Assembly: GCF_963921235.1 (NCBI RefSeq)
Contig: NC_086097.1
Location: 99,698,001 to 99,762,000, forward strand
Direction of reading: 5' to 3'
DNA from: Mobula hypostoma
Lineage: Eukaryota
Length of the DNA: 64,000 bases
The notes under the pieces: model-generated
Told to the model about the DNA's origin: nothing
The model's database searches: none
The model's input: only the letters and a program-made list of their open reading frames with translations
Shown here: positions 12,101 through 24,948 of the stretch, one piece after another
How the letters are laid out: each line of letters opens with the position of its first letter
Numbering within the stretch: position 1 is the stretch's first letter
Program-made: the position numbers and the translations under genes

Positions 12101-15100
12101 CAGTCGTGAGCCACCGCCCTCCACTCCTGAGTTCAGTCGTGAGCCTGTCACCCTCCACTCCTGGGTTCAGTCGTGAGCCTGTCACCCTCCGCTCCTGTGT
12201 TCAGTCGTGAGCCTGTCACCCTCCGCTCCTGGGTTCAGTCGTGAGCCGGTCACCCTCCGCTCCTGAGTTCAGTCATGAGCCTGTCACCCTCCGCTCCTGG
12301 GTCAAGTCATGAGCCACCCGCCCTCCGCTCCTGGGTTCAGTCGTGAGCCTGTCACCCTCCGCCCCTGGGTCAAGTCATGAGCCACCCGCCCTCCGCTCCT
12401 GGGTTCAGTCGTGAGCCTGTCACCCTCCGCTCCTGGGTCAAGTCATGAGCCACCCGCCCTCCGCTCCTGGGTTCAGTCGTGAGCCTGTCACCCTCCACTC
12501 CTGAGTTCAGTCATGAGCCTGTCACCCTCCACTCCTGGGTTCAGTCGTGAGCCTGTCACCCTCCGCTCCTGAGTTCAGTCGTGAGCCTGTCACCCTCCAC
12601 TCCTGGGTTCAGTCGTGAGCCTGTCACCCTCCGCTCCTGGGTTCAGTCGTGAGCCTGTCACCCTCCGCTCCTGAGTTCAGTCATGAGCCTGTCACCCTCC
12701 GCTCCTGGGTCAAGTCATGAGCCACCCGCCCTCCGCTCCTGGGTTCAGTCGTGAGCCTGTCACCCTCCGCCCCTGGGTCAAGTCATGAGCCACCCGCCCT
12801 CCGCTCCTGGGTTCAGTAGTGAGCCTGTCACCCTCCGCTCCTGGGTCAAGTCATGAGCCACCCGCCCTCCGCTCCTGGGTTCAGTCGTGAGCCTGTCACC
12901 CTCCACTCCTGAGTTCAGTCATGAGCCTGTCACCCTCCGCTCCTGGGTTCAGTCGTGAGCCTGTCACCCTCCGCTCCTGGGTCAAGTCATGAGCCACCCG
13001 CCCTCCACTCCTGGGTTCAGTCGTGAGCCTGTCACCCTCCGCTCCTGGGTTCAGTCGTGAGCCTGTCACCCTCCGCTCCTGGGTTCAGTCGTGAGCCTGT
13101 CACCCTCCGCTCCTGGGTTCAGTCGTGAGCCTGTCACCCTCCGCTCCTGGGTTCAGTCGTGAGCCTGTCACCCTCCACTCCTGGGTTCAGTCGTGAGCCT
13201 GTCACCCTCCGCTCCTGGGTTCAGTCGTGAGCCTGTCACCCTCCGCCCCTGCCTGTCACCCTCCGCCACTGAGTTCAGTCGTGAGCCTGTCACCCTCCGC
13301 CCCTGGGTTCAGTCGTGAGCCTGTCACCCTCCGCCCCTGGGTTCAGTCGTGAGCCTGTCACCCTACGCTCCTGGGTTCAGTCGTGAGCCTGTCACCCTCC
13401 GCTCCTGGGTTCAGTCATGAGCCACCCGCCCTCCACTCCTGGGTCAAGTCGTGAGCCTGCCACCCTCCGCTCCTGAGTTCAGTCATGAGCCTGTCACCCT
13501 CCGCTCCTAGGTCAAGTCATGAGCCACCCGCCCTCCGCTCCTGGGTTCAGTCGTGAGCCTGTCACCCTCCGCCCCTGGGTCAAGTCATGAGACACCCGCC
13601 CTCCGCTCCTGGATTCAGTCGTGAGCCTGTCACCCTCCGCTCCTGGGTCAAGTCATGAGCCACCCGCCCTCCGCTCCTGGGTTCAGTCGTGAGCCTGTCA
13701 CCCTCCACTCCTGAGTTCAGTCATGAGCCTGTCACCCTCCGCTCCTGGGTTCAGTCGTGAGCCTGTCACCCTCCACTCCTGGGTTCAGTCGTGAGCCTGT
13801 CACCCTCCGCTCCTGAGTTCAGTCGTGAGCCTGTCACCCTCCACTCCTGGGTTCAGTCGTGAGCCTGTCACCCTCCGCTCCTGGGTTCAGTCGTGAGCCT
13901 GTCACCCTCCGCTCCTGGGTTCAGTCGTGAGCCTGTCACCCTCCGCTCCTGGGTTCAGTCGTGAGCCTGTCACCCTCCGCTCCTGGGTTCAGTCGTGAGC
14001 CTGTCACCCTCCGCCCCTGAGTTCAGTCGTGAGCCTGTCACCCTCCGCCCCTGGGTTCAGTCGTGAGCCTGTCACCCTCCGCTCCTGGGTTCAGTCGTGA
14101 GCCTGTCACCCTCCGCCCCTGCCTGTCACCCTCCGCCCCTGAGTTCAGTCGTGAGCCTGTCACCCTCCGTCCCTGGGTTCAGTCGTGAGCCTGTCACCCT
14201 CCGCCCCTGGGTTCAGTCGTGAGCCTGTCACCCTCCGCTCCTGGGTTCAGTCGTGAGCCACCCGCCCTCCACTCCTGGGTCAAGTCGTGAGCCTGTCACC
14301 CTCCGCCCCCGGGTTCAGTCGTGAGCCTGTCACCCTCCGCTCCTGGGTTCAGTCATGAGCCACCCGCCCTCCGCTCCTGGGTTCAGTCGTGAGCCTGTCA
14401 CCCTCCGCTCCTGAGTTCAGTCGTGAGCCTGTCACCCTCCGCTCCTGGGTTCAGTCGTGAGCCTGTCACCCTCCGCTCCTGGGTTCAGTCGTGAGCCTGT
14501 CGCCCTCCGCTCCTGGGTTCAGTCGTGAGCCTGTCACCCTCCGCTCCTGAGTTCAGTCGTGAGCCTGTCACCCTCCGCTCCTGGGTTAAGTCGTGAGCCT
14601 GTCACCCTCCACTCCTGGGTCAAGTCGTGAGCCTGTCACCCTCCGCCCCTGGGTTCAGTCGTGAGCCTGTCACCCTCCGCTCCTGGGTTCAGTCGTGAGC
14701 CTCTCACCCTCCGCCCCTGGGTTCAGTCGTGATCCTGTCACCCTCCACTCCTGGGTTCAGTCGTGAGCCTGTCACCCTCCGCCCCTGGGTTCAGTCGTGA
14801 TCCTGTCACCCTCCGCTCCTGGGTTCAGTCGTGAGCCTGTCCCCCTCCGCCCCTGGGTTCAGTCGTGAGCCTGTCACCCTCCGCCCCTGGGTTCAGTCGT
14901 GAGCCTGTCACCCTCCGCTCCTGGGTTCAGTCGTGAGCCTCTCACCCTCCACTCCTGGGTCAAGTCATGAGCCACCCGCCTTCCACTGCTGGGTCAAGTC
15001 GTGAGCCTGTCACCCTCCGCTCCTGGGTTCAGTCGTGAGCCACCCGCCCTCCGCTCCTGAGTTCAGTCGTGAGCCTGTCACCCTCCGCTCCTGAGTTCAG

Positions 15101-16298
15101 TCGTGAGCCACCGCCCTCCACTCCTGGGTTCAGTCGTGAGCCTGTCACCCTCCGCTCCTGGGTTCAGTCGTGAGCCTCTCACCCTCCACTCCTGGGTCAA
15201 GTCATGAGCCACCCGCCCTCCACTCCTGGGTTAAGTCGTGAGCCTGTCACCCTCCGCTCCTGGGTTCAGTCGTGAGCCACCCGCCCTCCGCTCCTGAGTT
15301 CAGTCGTGAGCCTGTCACCCTCCGCTCCTGAGTTCAGTCGTGAGCCTGTCACCCTCCGCCCCTGGGTTCAGTCGTGAGCCTGTCACCCTCCGCTCCTGGG
15401 TTCAGTCGTGAGCCTGTCACCCTCCGCCCCTGTGTTCAGTCGTGAGCCTGTCACCCTCCGCCCCTGGGTTCAGTCGTGAGCCTGTCACCCTCCGCTCCTG
15501 GGTTCAGTCGTGAGCCTCTCACCCTCCACTCCTGGGTCAAGTCATGAGCCACCCGCCCTCCACTCCTGGGTCAAGTCGTGAGCCTGTCACCCTCCGCCCC
15601 TGGGTTCAGTCGTGAGCCTGTCACCCTCCGCTCCTGCGTTCAGTCGTGAGCCTCTCACCCTCCACTCCTGGGTCAAGTCATGAGCCACCCGCCCTCCACT
15701 CCTGGGTCAAGTCGTGAGCCTGTCACCCTCCGCTCCTGGGTTCAGTCGTGAGCCACCCGCCCTCCGCTCCTGAGTTCAGTCGTGAGCCTGTCACCCTCCG
15801 CTCCTGAGTTCAGTCGTGAGCCACCGCCCTCCACTCCTGGGTTCAGTCGTGAGCCTGTCACCCTCCGCCCCTGGGTTCAGTCGTGAGCCTGTCACCCTCC
15901 GCTCCTGGGTTCAGTCGTGAGCCTGTCACCCTCCGCTCCTGGGTTCAGTCGTGAGCCTGTCACCCTCCGCTCCTGGGTCAAGTCGTGAGCCTGTCACCCT
16001 CCGCTCCTGAGTTCAGTCATGAGCCACCCGCCCTCTGCTCCTGAGTTCAGTCGAGAGCCTGTCACCCTCCGCTCCTGAGTTCAGTCGAGAGCCTGTCACC
16101 CTCCGCCCCTGAGTTCAGTCGTGAGCCTGTCACCCTCCGCTCCTGGGTCAAGTCGTGAGCCTGTCACCCTCTGCTCCTGGGTTCAGTCGTGAGCCACCCG
16201 CCCTCCACTCCTGGGTTAAGTCGTGAGCCTGTCACCCTCCGCTCCTGAGTTCAGTCGTGAGCCTGTCACCCTCCACTCCTGGGTCAAGTCATGAGCCT
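3102..16298. repeat. 34-bp GC-rich minisatellite, about 390 units
   Basis: Consensus GAGCCTGTCACCCTCCGCTCCTGGGTTCAGTCGT; period read directly (ttcag at 3661 and 3695); recurrent variant units; stop codons on both strands. Confidence 0.98.
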
Positions 16299-17859
16299 GC
16301 CGTCCGCCTGCTGTTCCTCCACATTGGGGTCCAATCTTTGTTGGTAATTAAAGATATTATATCCTGGTGCCTGTAAAAGGAGCTCATTGCCCTCAGCATG
16401 GGAGAGAGATCAGGGCTGCCTGGCGTTCACACTGGACAATAATAAGTATGGAGCTATTACTGTGTTTTCTTACAGATATCTTTTTGCAAATATTGGCACT
16501 AATTTTTGTAAGTTTGATTTTGACACACCTAATAAACACCTTTGCACTAAAATGCTAAGTGTCTCCAGCCATTTTTTCTTTGGTAAAATTAAAGATCATA
16601 ACCCACATTTGTTTTGTAATTTACTGTTGCCACGAAACAACAAATCGTTAATGATAAACAGTAATAATAAACCTGATTCTGATGGGGGTGCACTGCTGTT
16701 GTTGATGGTGCCTGTTATAGCATGTGAAGTCTATAGTTATTGCAATGATATATGTCTGTAAAAAGCATTTTAAGATAATGCCTCATGCAAATGGATTATA
16801 CGTTTCATTTAGGATACTGATATACATTTGACCTACTTAACCCAGTCACGAACAGACTGCTTGCTTTATTCATGCAGAACTGCAAATAGAATAGTACAGC
16901 ACATTACAGCTTCATGTTGTGTTGACCTTTTAACCCACTCTAAGATCAATCTAATCCTTCCCTCTGTCATAGCCTTCTGTTCTTATTTCATCCACATTTC
17001 TATCTGAGTCCCCCAAATATCCCTAATGCATCAGCCTCTACCACCACCCCCAGCAGTCTGTCCCATGCACTTACCACTCATGTATTTAAAAAAAACATGT
17101 GCAATTTGTCAATAAAATTTAATTCACCATTGAATTAAATGTCCCATCTCTTCCAGGAACACCGGAAGTTCTCTTCCAGTCTCCAGTGGGATTGCCATCT
17201 ATCTCTTTCACTTTGTAGAAACCTATCAATACTTTGGTTCCTGTCTTTGGTGAGGTGAAGCCCAGAATTCACTTCCTTCCTTAGCAAATGGCTCCAGCCT
17301 CAGTCTATCTCCATGTAGAAGTGGCCTCGCCCTAAAGCTCTGCTATTCCATTATCCGACCATTCAGAAATTGCAATACTTCAGCATTTGGTTCATCAGAT
17401 GTTTGCCATGCTTCCCATTGAATCTTCTGGGGTCCCAGTTCCCTTGCTATATACAAAATGACGAAGATATCGTTTCCAACATTCTCCCCACCCCACCCCC
17501 TTTGCCCAGGATGATCTGGTTGTGTTCTACAGTCAGGGGTGCAGTGCTGCTGGAGCTCACCGGAGCACCGCTCTGCCACCTCTGTAAAAAAAAGTCAAAA
17601 TAAACAAGTGGGGAATTTAACAGTGGCTGCATATTAAATAGAGGGAATTTTACAGAAGCGGGGTTTGGGGAGAGGGGGTGGTGGCTGGTGGGGAAAATAC
17701 CACTAATAACATTAGGATATTTGATCGTTTTTGGTGAAATCCTGGAGCTGTGACTGTTTTGTGAAATTCCTCCTCGCTTGACCTGTTGTCCCAGCATACC
17801 CTGCTGTAGCCTCCCACCATTTCACAGATCCTCGGTCTCTCTCCAGCACTTGTTGTTTG

Positions 17860-18001
17860 AGCATTGCTCGCCGAGAAAATAAAAATGTTAGATCTTTTGA
17901 GAAGTGGCATGTTGCTTCCCGTGGTGGGCCGTAAGGTCAGTAAGAACGAATCAAGCATTCAAACAATAAAGCAGAAAGAAGCTGAAATTGGTGGAAGTGT
18001 T
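17860..18001 (+). mobile_element. Tigger/pogo transposase remnant, N-terminal HTH (part 1)
   Basis: LAEKIKMLDLLRSG...KNESSIQTIKQKEAEIGGSV; joins part 2 in frame once the CR1 is removed. Confidence 0.8.
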
Positions 18002-21000
18002 CGGAGAATTCGGAGAAGGAAGTCTGAGAATCGGAGCGGGAGTGCGGCAGAAGCCATTTTGAATTTTTCTTTTTTTTTTCATCCGAGTTAAGAGAGGCGG
18101 GACTGCGCAGGCGTGTGACGTCGGGCAGTGAAGCACGGAAGATTTAAAAGGAACGCAGCCTTATACAATGGGCAGCATAGTTTGCAGGCTGCGGAGTGAA
18201 GGCCTAAGGGCTTTGGCTCAACGGGCGAGGCAAAGTAGGTTTGGTTTTCAATTTTTCCTGTTATTTGAGGAAAGGGGGTAAGTATGAGTGTGAGGGCAGC
18301 TTGTTGTTCTCGGTGTCAGATGTGGGAGGCCCTGGAATCTCCAAGCGTCCCGGACGTCCACATCTGCACCAGGTGCATCAAGATGCAGCTCCTAAGAGAC
18401 CACGTTAGGGAACTGGAGCTGCAGCTCGATGACTTTCGTCTGATCAGGGAGAGTGAGGAGTTGATAGAGAGGAGTTACAGGCAGGTGGTCACACCGGGGT
18501 CACGGGAGGCAGACCAGTGGGTCACGGTTAGGAGGGGGAAGGGGAAGTGTCAGGTACTAGAGAGAGTACCCCAGTGGCTGTGCCCCTTGACAATAAGTAC
18601 TCCTGTTTGAGTACTGTTGGGGGAGGACAGCCTACCTGGGGGAAGCGACAGTGGCCGTGCCTCCGGCACAGAGTCTGGCCCTGTAGCTCAGAAGGGTAGG
18701 GAAAGGAAGAGGAGGGCAGTAGTAATAGGGGACTCAATAGTTAGGGGGTCAGATAGGTGATTCTGTGGACGCAGTCAGGAGACCCGGATGGTAGTTTTCC
18801 TCCCTGATGCCAGGGTCCAGGATGTTTCTGATCATGTCCAAGATATCCTGAAGTGGGAGGGTGAGGAGCCAGAGGTCGTGGTACATATTGGTACCAATGA
18901 CGTAGGTAGGAAAAGGGAAGAGGTCCTGAAAGGAGAATATAGGAAGTTAGGAAAGGAGTTGAGAAGAAGGACTGCAAAGGTAGTAATCTCAGGATTACTG
19001 CCTGTGCCACGCGACAGTGAGAGTAGGAATGCAATGAGGTGGAGAATAAATGTGTGGCTGAGGGATTGGAGCAGGGGGCAGAGATTCAAGTTTTTGGATC
19101 ATTGGGACCTCTTTTGGCGCAGGTGTGATCTGTACAAAAAGGACGGGTTACACTTGAATCCTAGGGGGACCAATATCCTGGTGGGGAGATTTGCGAAGGC
19201 TACTGAGAAGACTTTAAACTAGAATGGTCGGGGGTGGGAATCAAATTGAAGACACTAGGAGAGAGGAGGTTAGTTCACAAATAGAGAAAGCTAGTAGACA
19301 GTGTGTGAGGGAGGATAGGCAGGGGACAGAGATTGGGTGCACACAGACCGAAGATGTAGGGGAGAAGGAAGAAAAAGATATCAAAGTTGTTTGCTCCATT
19401 AAGGATAAACAGAGAGTAAGAGGTGGAGGGTTTCTTAAATGCATCTATTTTAATGCTAGGAGCATTGTAAGAAAGGTGGATGAACTTAGAGCATGGATTG
19501 ATACCTGGAAATATGATGTTGTAGCTATTAGTGAAACATGGTTGCAGGAGGGGTGTGATTGGCAAATAAATATTCCTGGATTTCGTTGCTTCAGGTGTGA
19601 TAGAAGCGGAGGGGCAAGAGAGGGAGGTGTTGCATTGCTTGTCAGAGAAAATATAACAGCAGTGCTCTGGCAGGATAGATTAGTAGACTCGTCTAGGGAG
19701 GCTATTTGGTGGAATTGAGGAATGGGAAAGGTGTAGTGATGCTTATAGGGGTGTATTGTAGACCACCTAATGGGGAGCAAGAATTGGAGGAGCAAATTTG
19801 TAAGCAGTTAGCAGATATTTGTAGTAAGCACAAGGTTGTGATTGTGGGAGATTTTAATTTTCCACACTGGGAAGCCCAATCTGTAAAAGGGCTGGATGGT
19901 TTGGAGTTTGTAAAATGTGTGCAGGATAGTTTTTTGCAGCAATACATAGAAATACCAACTAGAGAAGGGGCAGTGTTGGATCTCCTGTTAGGGAATGAGA
20001 TAGGGCAGGTGACGGAGGTATGTGTTGGGGAGCACTTCGGGTCCAGTGATCACAATACCATTAGTTTCATTATAATTATGGAAAAGGATAGGACTGGACC
20101 CAGGGTTGAGATTTTTGATTGGAGAAAGGCTAACTTTGAGGAGATGTGAAAGGATTTAGAAGGAGTGGATTGGGACAATTTGTTTTATGGGAAGGATGTA
20201 ATAGAGAAATGGAGGTCATTTAAAGGTGAAATTTTGAGGGTACAGGATCTTTATGTTCCTGTTAGGTTGAAAGGAAAGGTTAAAAGTTTGAGAGAGCCAT
20301 GGTTTTCAAGGGATATTGGAAACTTGGTTCGGAAAAAGAGAGGGATCTACAATAAATATAGGCAACTTGGAGTAAATGAGGTGATCGAGGAATATAAAGA
20401 ATGTAAAAAGAATCTTAAGAAAGAAATTAGAAAAGCTAAAAGAAGATATGAGGCTGCTTTGGCAAGTAAGGTGAAAATAAATCCAAAGGGTTTCTACCGT
20501 TATGTTAATAGCAAAAGGATAGTGAGGGATAAAATTGGTCCCTTAGAGAATCAGAGTGGACAGCTATGTGTGGAGCCAAAAGAGATGGGGGAGATCTTGA
20601 ACAATTTCTTTTCTTCGGTATTCACTAAGGAGAAGGATATTGAATTGTGTAAGATAAAGGAAACAAGAAGGGTAGTTATGGAAAGTATGATGATTAAAGA
20701 AGAGGAAGTACTGGCACTTTTAAGGAATATAAAAGTGGATAAGTCTCCGGGTGCGGACAAGATATTCCCTAGGACCTTGAGGGAAGTTAGTGTGGAAATA
20801 GCAGAGGCTCTGACAGAAATATTTCAAATGTCATTAGAAATGGGGGTGGTGCCGGAGGATTGACGTATTGCTCATGTTGTTCCATTGTTTAAAAAGGGTT
20901 CTAAGAGTAAACCTAGCAATTATCGGCCTGTGAATTTGACATCAGTGGTGGGTAAATTGATGGAAAGTATTCTTGGAGATGGTATATATAATTATCTGGA

Positions 21001-22841
21001 TAGACAGGGTCTGATTATACTTTATACTTTATTTGAATCTGCGCTTCACACTCCCTGGCTTACAAATATTAAATATTAAAAATATTTAAAATAGTTCAAA
21101 GTAGTAAATATTAAAATTTTAAATTATAAATCATAAATAGAAAATAGAAAGATGGGAAGTAAGGTAGTGCAAAAAAAAACCGAGAGGCAGGTCCGGATAT
21201 CTGGAGGGTACGGCCCAGATCCGGGACAGGATCCGTTCAGCAGTCTTATCACAGTTGGAAAGGAGCTGTTCCCAAATCTGGCCGTACGAGTCTTCAAGCT
21301 CCTGAACCTTCTCCCGGAGGGAAGAGGGACAAAAAGTCTGTTGGCTGGGTGGGTCGTGTCCTTGATTATCCTGGCAGCACTGCTCCGACAGCGTGCGGTG
21401 TAAAGTGAGTCCACGGACAGAAGATTGGTTTCTGTGATGTGCTGCGCCGTGTTCACAATATTCTGCAGCTTCTTTGGGTCTTGGACAGGACAAGTTCCAT
21501 ACCAGGTTGTGATGCACCCCAGAAGAATGCTTTCTTAGGAACAGTCAACATGGATTTGTGCATGGAAGGTCATGTTTGACAAATCTTATTGAATTTTTTG
21601 ATGAGGTTACTAGAAAAGTTGACGAGGGTAAAGCGGTGGATGTTGTCTATATGGACTTCAGTAAGGCCTTTGACAAGGTTCCACACGGAAGGTTAGTTAG
21701 GGATGTTCAATCGTTAGGCATTAATATCAAAGTAGTAAAATGGATTTAGCAGTGACTGGATGGGAGATGCCAGAGCATAGTGGTGGATAACTGTGTGTCA
21801 GATTGGAGGACGGTGTCTAGTGGTGTGCCTCAGGGATCTGTACTGGGTCCAATGTTGTTTATCATATGTATTAATGATCTGGATGATGGGGTTGTAAATT
21901 GGATTAGTAAGTATGTAGATGATACTAAGATAGGTGGAGTTGTGGATAATGAAGTAGGTTTTCAAAGCTTGCAAAGAGATTTAGACCACTTAGAAGAGTG
22001 GGCTGAAAGATGGCAGATGGAGTTTAATGCTGATAAATGTGAGGTGCTATATTTTGGTAGGACTAATCAAAATAGGACATACGTGGTAAATGGTAGGGCA
22101 TTGAAGAATGCAGTAGAATAGAGGGATCTAGGAATAATGGTGCATAGTTCCCTGAAGGTGGAATCTCATGTGGATAGGGTGGTGAAGAAAGCTTTTGGTA
22201 TGCTGGCCTTTATAAATCAGAGCATTGAGTATAGGAGTTGGGATGTAATGTTGAAATTGTATAAGGCATTGGTAAGGCCAAATTTGGAGTATTGCGTACA
22301 GTTCTGGTCACCGAATTATAGGAAAGATGTCAATAAAATTGAGAGAGTACAGAGGAGATTTACTAAAATATTGCCTGGGTTTCATCTCCTAAGTTACAGA
22401 GAGAGGTTGAACAAGTTAGGTCTTTATTCTTTGGAGCGTAGAAGGTTGAGGGGGGACTTGATAGAGGTATTTAAAATTATGAGGAGGATAGATAGAGTTG
22501 ACGCGGATAGGCTTTTTTCCATTGAGAGTGGGGAGATTCAAACATGAGGACATGAGTTGAGAGTTAAAGGGCAAAAGTTTAGGGGTAACATGAGGGGGAA
22601 CTTCTTTACTCAGAGAGTGGTAGCTGTGTGGAACAAGCTTCCAGCAGAAGTGGTTGAGGCAGGTTCGATGTTGTCATTTAAAGTTAAATTGGATAGATAT
22701 ATGGACAGGAAAGGAATGGAGGGTTATGGGCTGAGTGCAGGTCCGTAGAACTAGGTGAGAGTAAGAGTTCAGCATGGACTAGAAGGGCTGAGACGGCCTG
22801 TTTCCGTGCTGTAATTGTTATATGGTTATATGTTATATGTT
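18002..22841 (+). mobile_element. Near full-length CR1 LINE (5'UTR, ORF1, ORF2, microsatellite tail), inactivated
   Basis: ORF1 has a Cys motif and coiled coil (18284) and SGNH esterase motifs (GDSIV, HIGTND, DGLHLN); ORF2 has APE (YFNARS, VGDFN, SDH) and RT (GVPQGSVLGP, YVDD); (TTATATG)-like tail; TGTT duplicated at 17998 and 22838. Confidence 0.95.
21018..21534 (-). mobile_element. Rex1/Babar LINE 3' fragment inserted in CR1 ORF2
   Basis: RIIKDTTHPANRLFVPLPSGRRFRSLKTRTARFGNSSFP; (AAAGTAT)n tail; TTA duplicated; removal restores DRQGLIRNSQHGF. Confidence 0.85.
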
Positions 22842-23128
22842 AGTGCTACCCCTACAACAGCAAAAATGGTCTCTCTGGTTCGTGATAAAGTGCTTGCAAA
22901 GACTGAGAAAACATTAAGTGTGTGGCTAGAGGACATGTCACAGAAGCATATCCCTTTTGATGGCAAAATTATGCATGAAAAAGCACTTAGCCTCTATGAG
23001 CACTACTGTGAGGGGGTTGAGGAGAGCGAGAGGAAGGAGTTTAGGGCTAGTAAGGGATGGCTGGCTAGTTATATAAAGCGCTACAGCCTCAAGAACTGAA
23101 GATCACGGAAGAATCAGCATGGCAGATG
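22842..23128 (+). mobile_element. Tigger/pogo transposase remnant, CENP-B-type HTH (part 2)
   Basis: EKTLSVWLEDMSQKHIPFDGKIMHEKALSLY...FRASKGWLASYIKRYSLKN; truncated before the DDE domain. Confidence 0.85.
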
Positions 23129-23129
23129 T

Positions 23130-24948
23130 ACCAAGTATCCTATTATGGAGCCAATCGAAGTACACGCTTGAAGTCTCTCAGAAAAAAAAATTGTTGATCA
23201 CAAACTATCAAAAGCTCACACTGCTGGTCTAAGTGTTGAAAATATAGCTAGTGAAGATGCTCTTGGAAAATTATGTGACACCATGAATGCTTCGCATCTA
23301 AAGGCAACTTGTTCAATTTTTTGTTCTGCATATTATTTAGCTCAGAATGACAGACCATACTCTGATCACTTTGGCTTATTGGAACTTCAAAAATAATGGT
23401 ATTGACATTGGAATTGGACTGCATTCCCGCACTAGTGTTACAGAGATAATTAATCACATAGCCATTAATATGAAAAAGAAAATTTGCCAGCATATCAAGC
23501 AGATAAATGGCAAATTTTCTGTTCTCATTGATGAATCAACAAGCCTGAGCATTAAGACTGCCCTAATAGTTTATTTGAAATGTGAAAGTGATAAGGAAGG
23601 GGATCCCCACTTTATGTTTTTAGATCTAATTGAACTGCCTGATCAGAAAGCTTGAAACTATTGCTAAGCATCTATTAAACTGTCTCAATAACCATGGGTT
23701 TGATGACTCTTACTTGAAACAGAACCTTGTAGCATTTGGTAGTGATGGGGTGAGCGTAATGCTTGGTGTCAAATCTGGTGTTGCTACAATTCTCAAGGAA
23801 CATTACCCTGATGTGATAATTTGGCACTGTCTTAATCACAGATTAGAACTTGCAGTAGGTGATTCGATGAGAGAAGTTCATGGAATAAATCATTTTCAAT
23901 CATTTATGGACAAATTGTGCTCTGTTTACAGTAGATCACCTCTAAATCAAAAGGAACTGTCTGAATGTGCCTCTCAACTGGAACAACACATTTGCAAAGT
24001 AGGCCGTGTTCTGGGCACCAGGTGGGTAGCTAGCTCGTTTCAAACAGTTTCAGAAATGTGGCAAAATTATGAAGCACTGTGTTTTCATTTTGAAAAAGCA
24101 ATGAAGGATGAAACAAGATCTGGGAGTGACAGAAAAACCTATAAAGCTCTGTTGAAAAGACTCTCTTCAGAGCATTTTCTATTGGACTTAGCTCTAATGT
24201 ATGACACGTTGCATGAACTTGGTTTACTGTCGGTGTTTACAGAAACACACTACTACGATTGTTTATGCAGACAAACTGATCCAACGGAGCATAAGATCAC
24301 TGCATGGACTGAAAGAGCAACCTGGTACAAAAACTCCAGAGGCTCAAGAGGCAGTTGAAAAGGGGAAGTTTGGAGAAATTGCCTTAAAAAACAACAACAA
24401 AATTGTCTCCATTAATTATCTGCAGTTTTGTTACTAGTCTTATAAACAATTTGCAACACCATATGTTCACGGCAACAGCCTTGAAAGGTTCTCAAACTTC
24501 TAAACCTCAAAGTACGTATAAATCCCTACTAAATGAAATGTGTGTCCTTGATAAACATAACTACTGAAATACCGCCTAATTATGGAGAAGCTGCAATATC
24601 ATCTCTCTGTAAGGGGTTTGTTCCTCTGTAATAAATGCCTTCAGAGATTATGTAGAGGATCGTGGAAGCGGCATCCCCCAAGATTTAAGCCCATTACTGA
24701 GTTGTTCACAAGTTATTCCTATTAGTACTGCTGAGTGTGAGAGAGGATTCAGTCACATGAACTTGATAATAACAACAACACGCTCAAGGATTTTCATAGG
24801 TCATGTATCAGTACTTACATTTGTTAAACTACACGGATCTACTCTAGCTCAATGGAATCCTGAGCCGTATATCACATCATGGCTGCGGTACCACAGATGG
24901 GCAGATGACACCAGGACAAGAGTTGCTTCAGACCCCCGAACACATATT
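23130..24948 (+). pseudogene. Frameshifted hAT transposase, KIAA1586-like
   Basis: SLRKKIVDHKLSKAH, FSVLIDEST, SDGVSVMLG, HCLNHRLELA, TRW and the STAECERGFSHMN dimerisation motif, spread over several frames. Confidence 0.88.

Noticed and set aside
3102..16298. CRISPR-like array or repetitive protein gene
   Set aside because: Units are contiguous with no unique spacers, there are no cas genes, and the context is eukaryotic; the 34-bp period with TGA on both strands closes all frames
17150..17533. Minus-strand ORFs as OIP5 or another host exon
   Set aside because: No CxxC/Yippee-Mis18 motifs, even after joining across the hAT insertion; the apparent acceptor lies inside the hAT end
23130..24948. 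Functional host KIAA1586/ZNF862 gene
   Set aside because: Multiple frameshifts and stops, TIR/TSD boundaries and LINE insertions indicate a dead transposon
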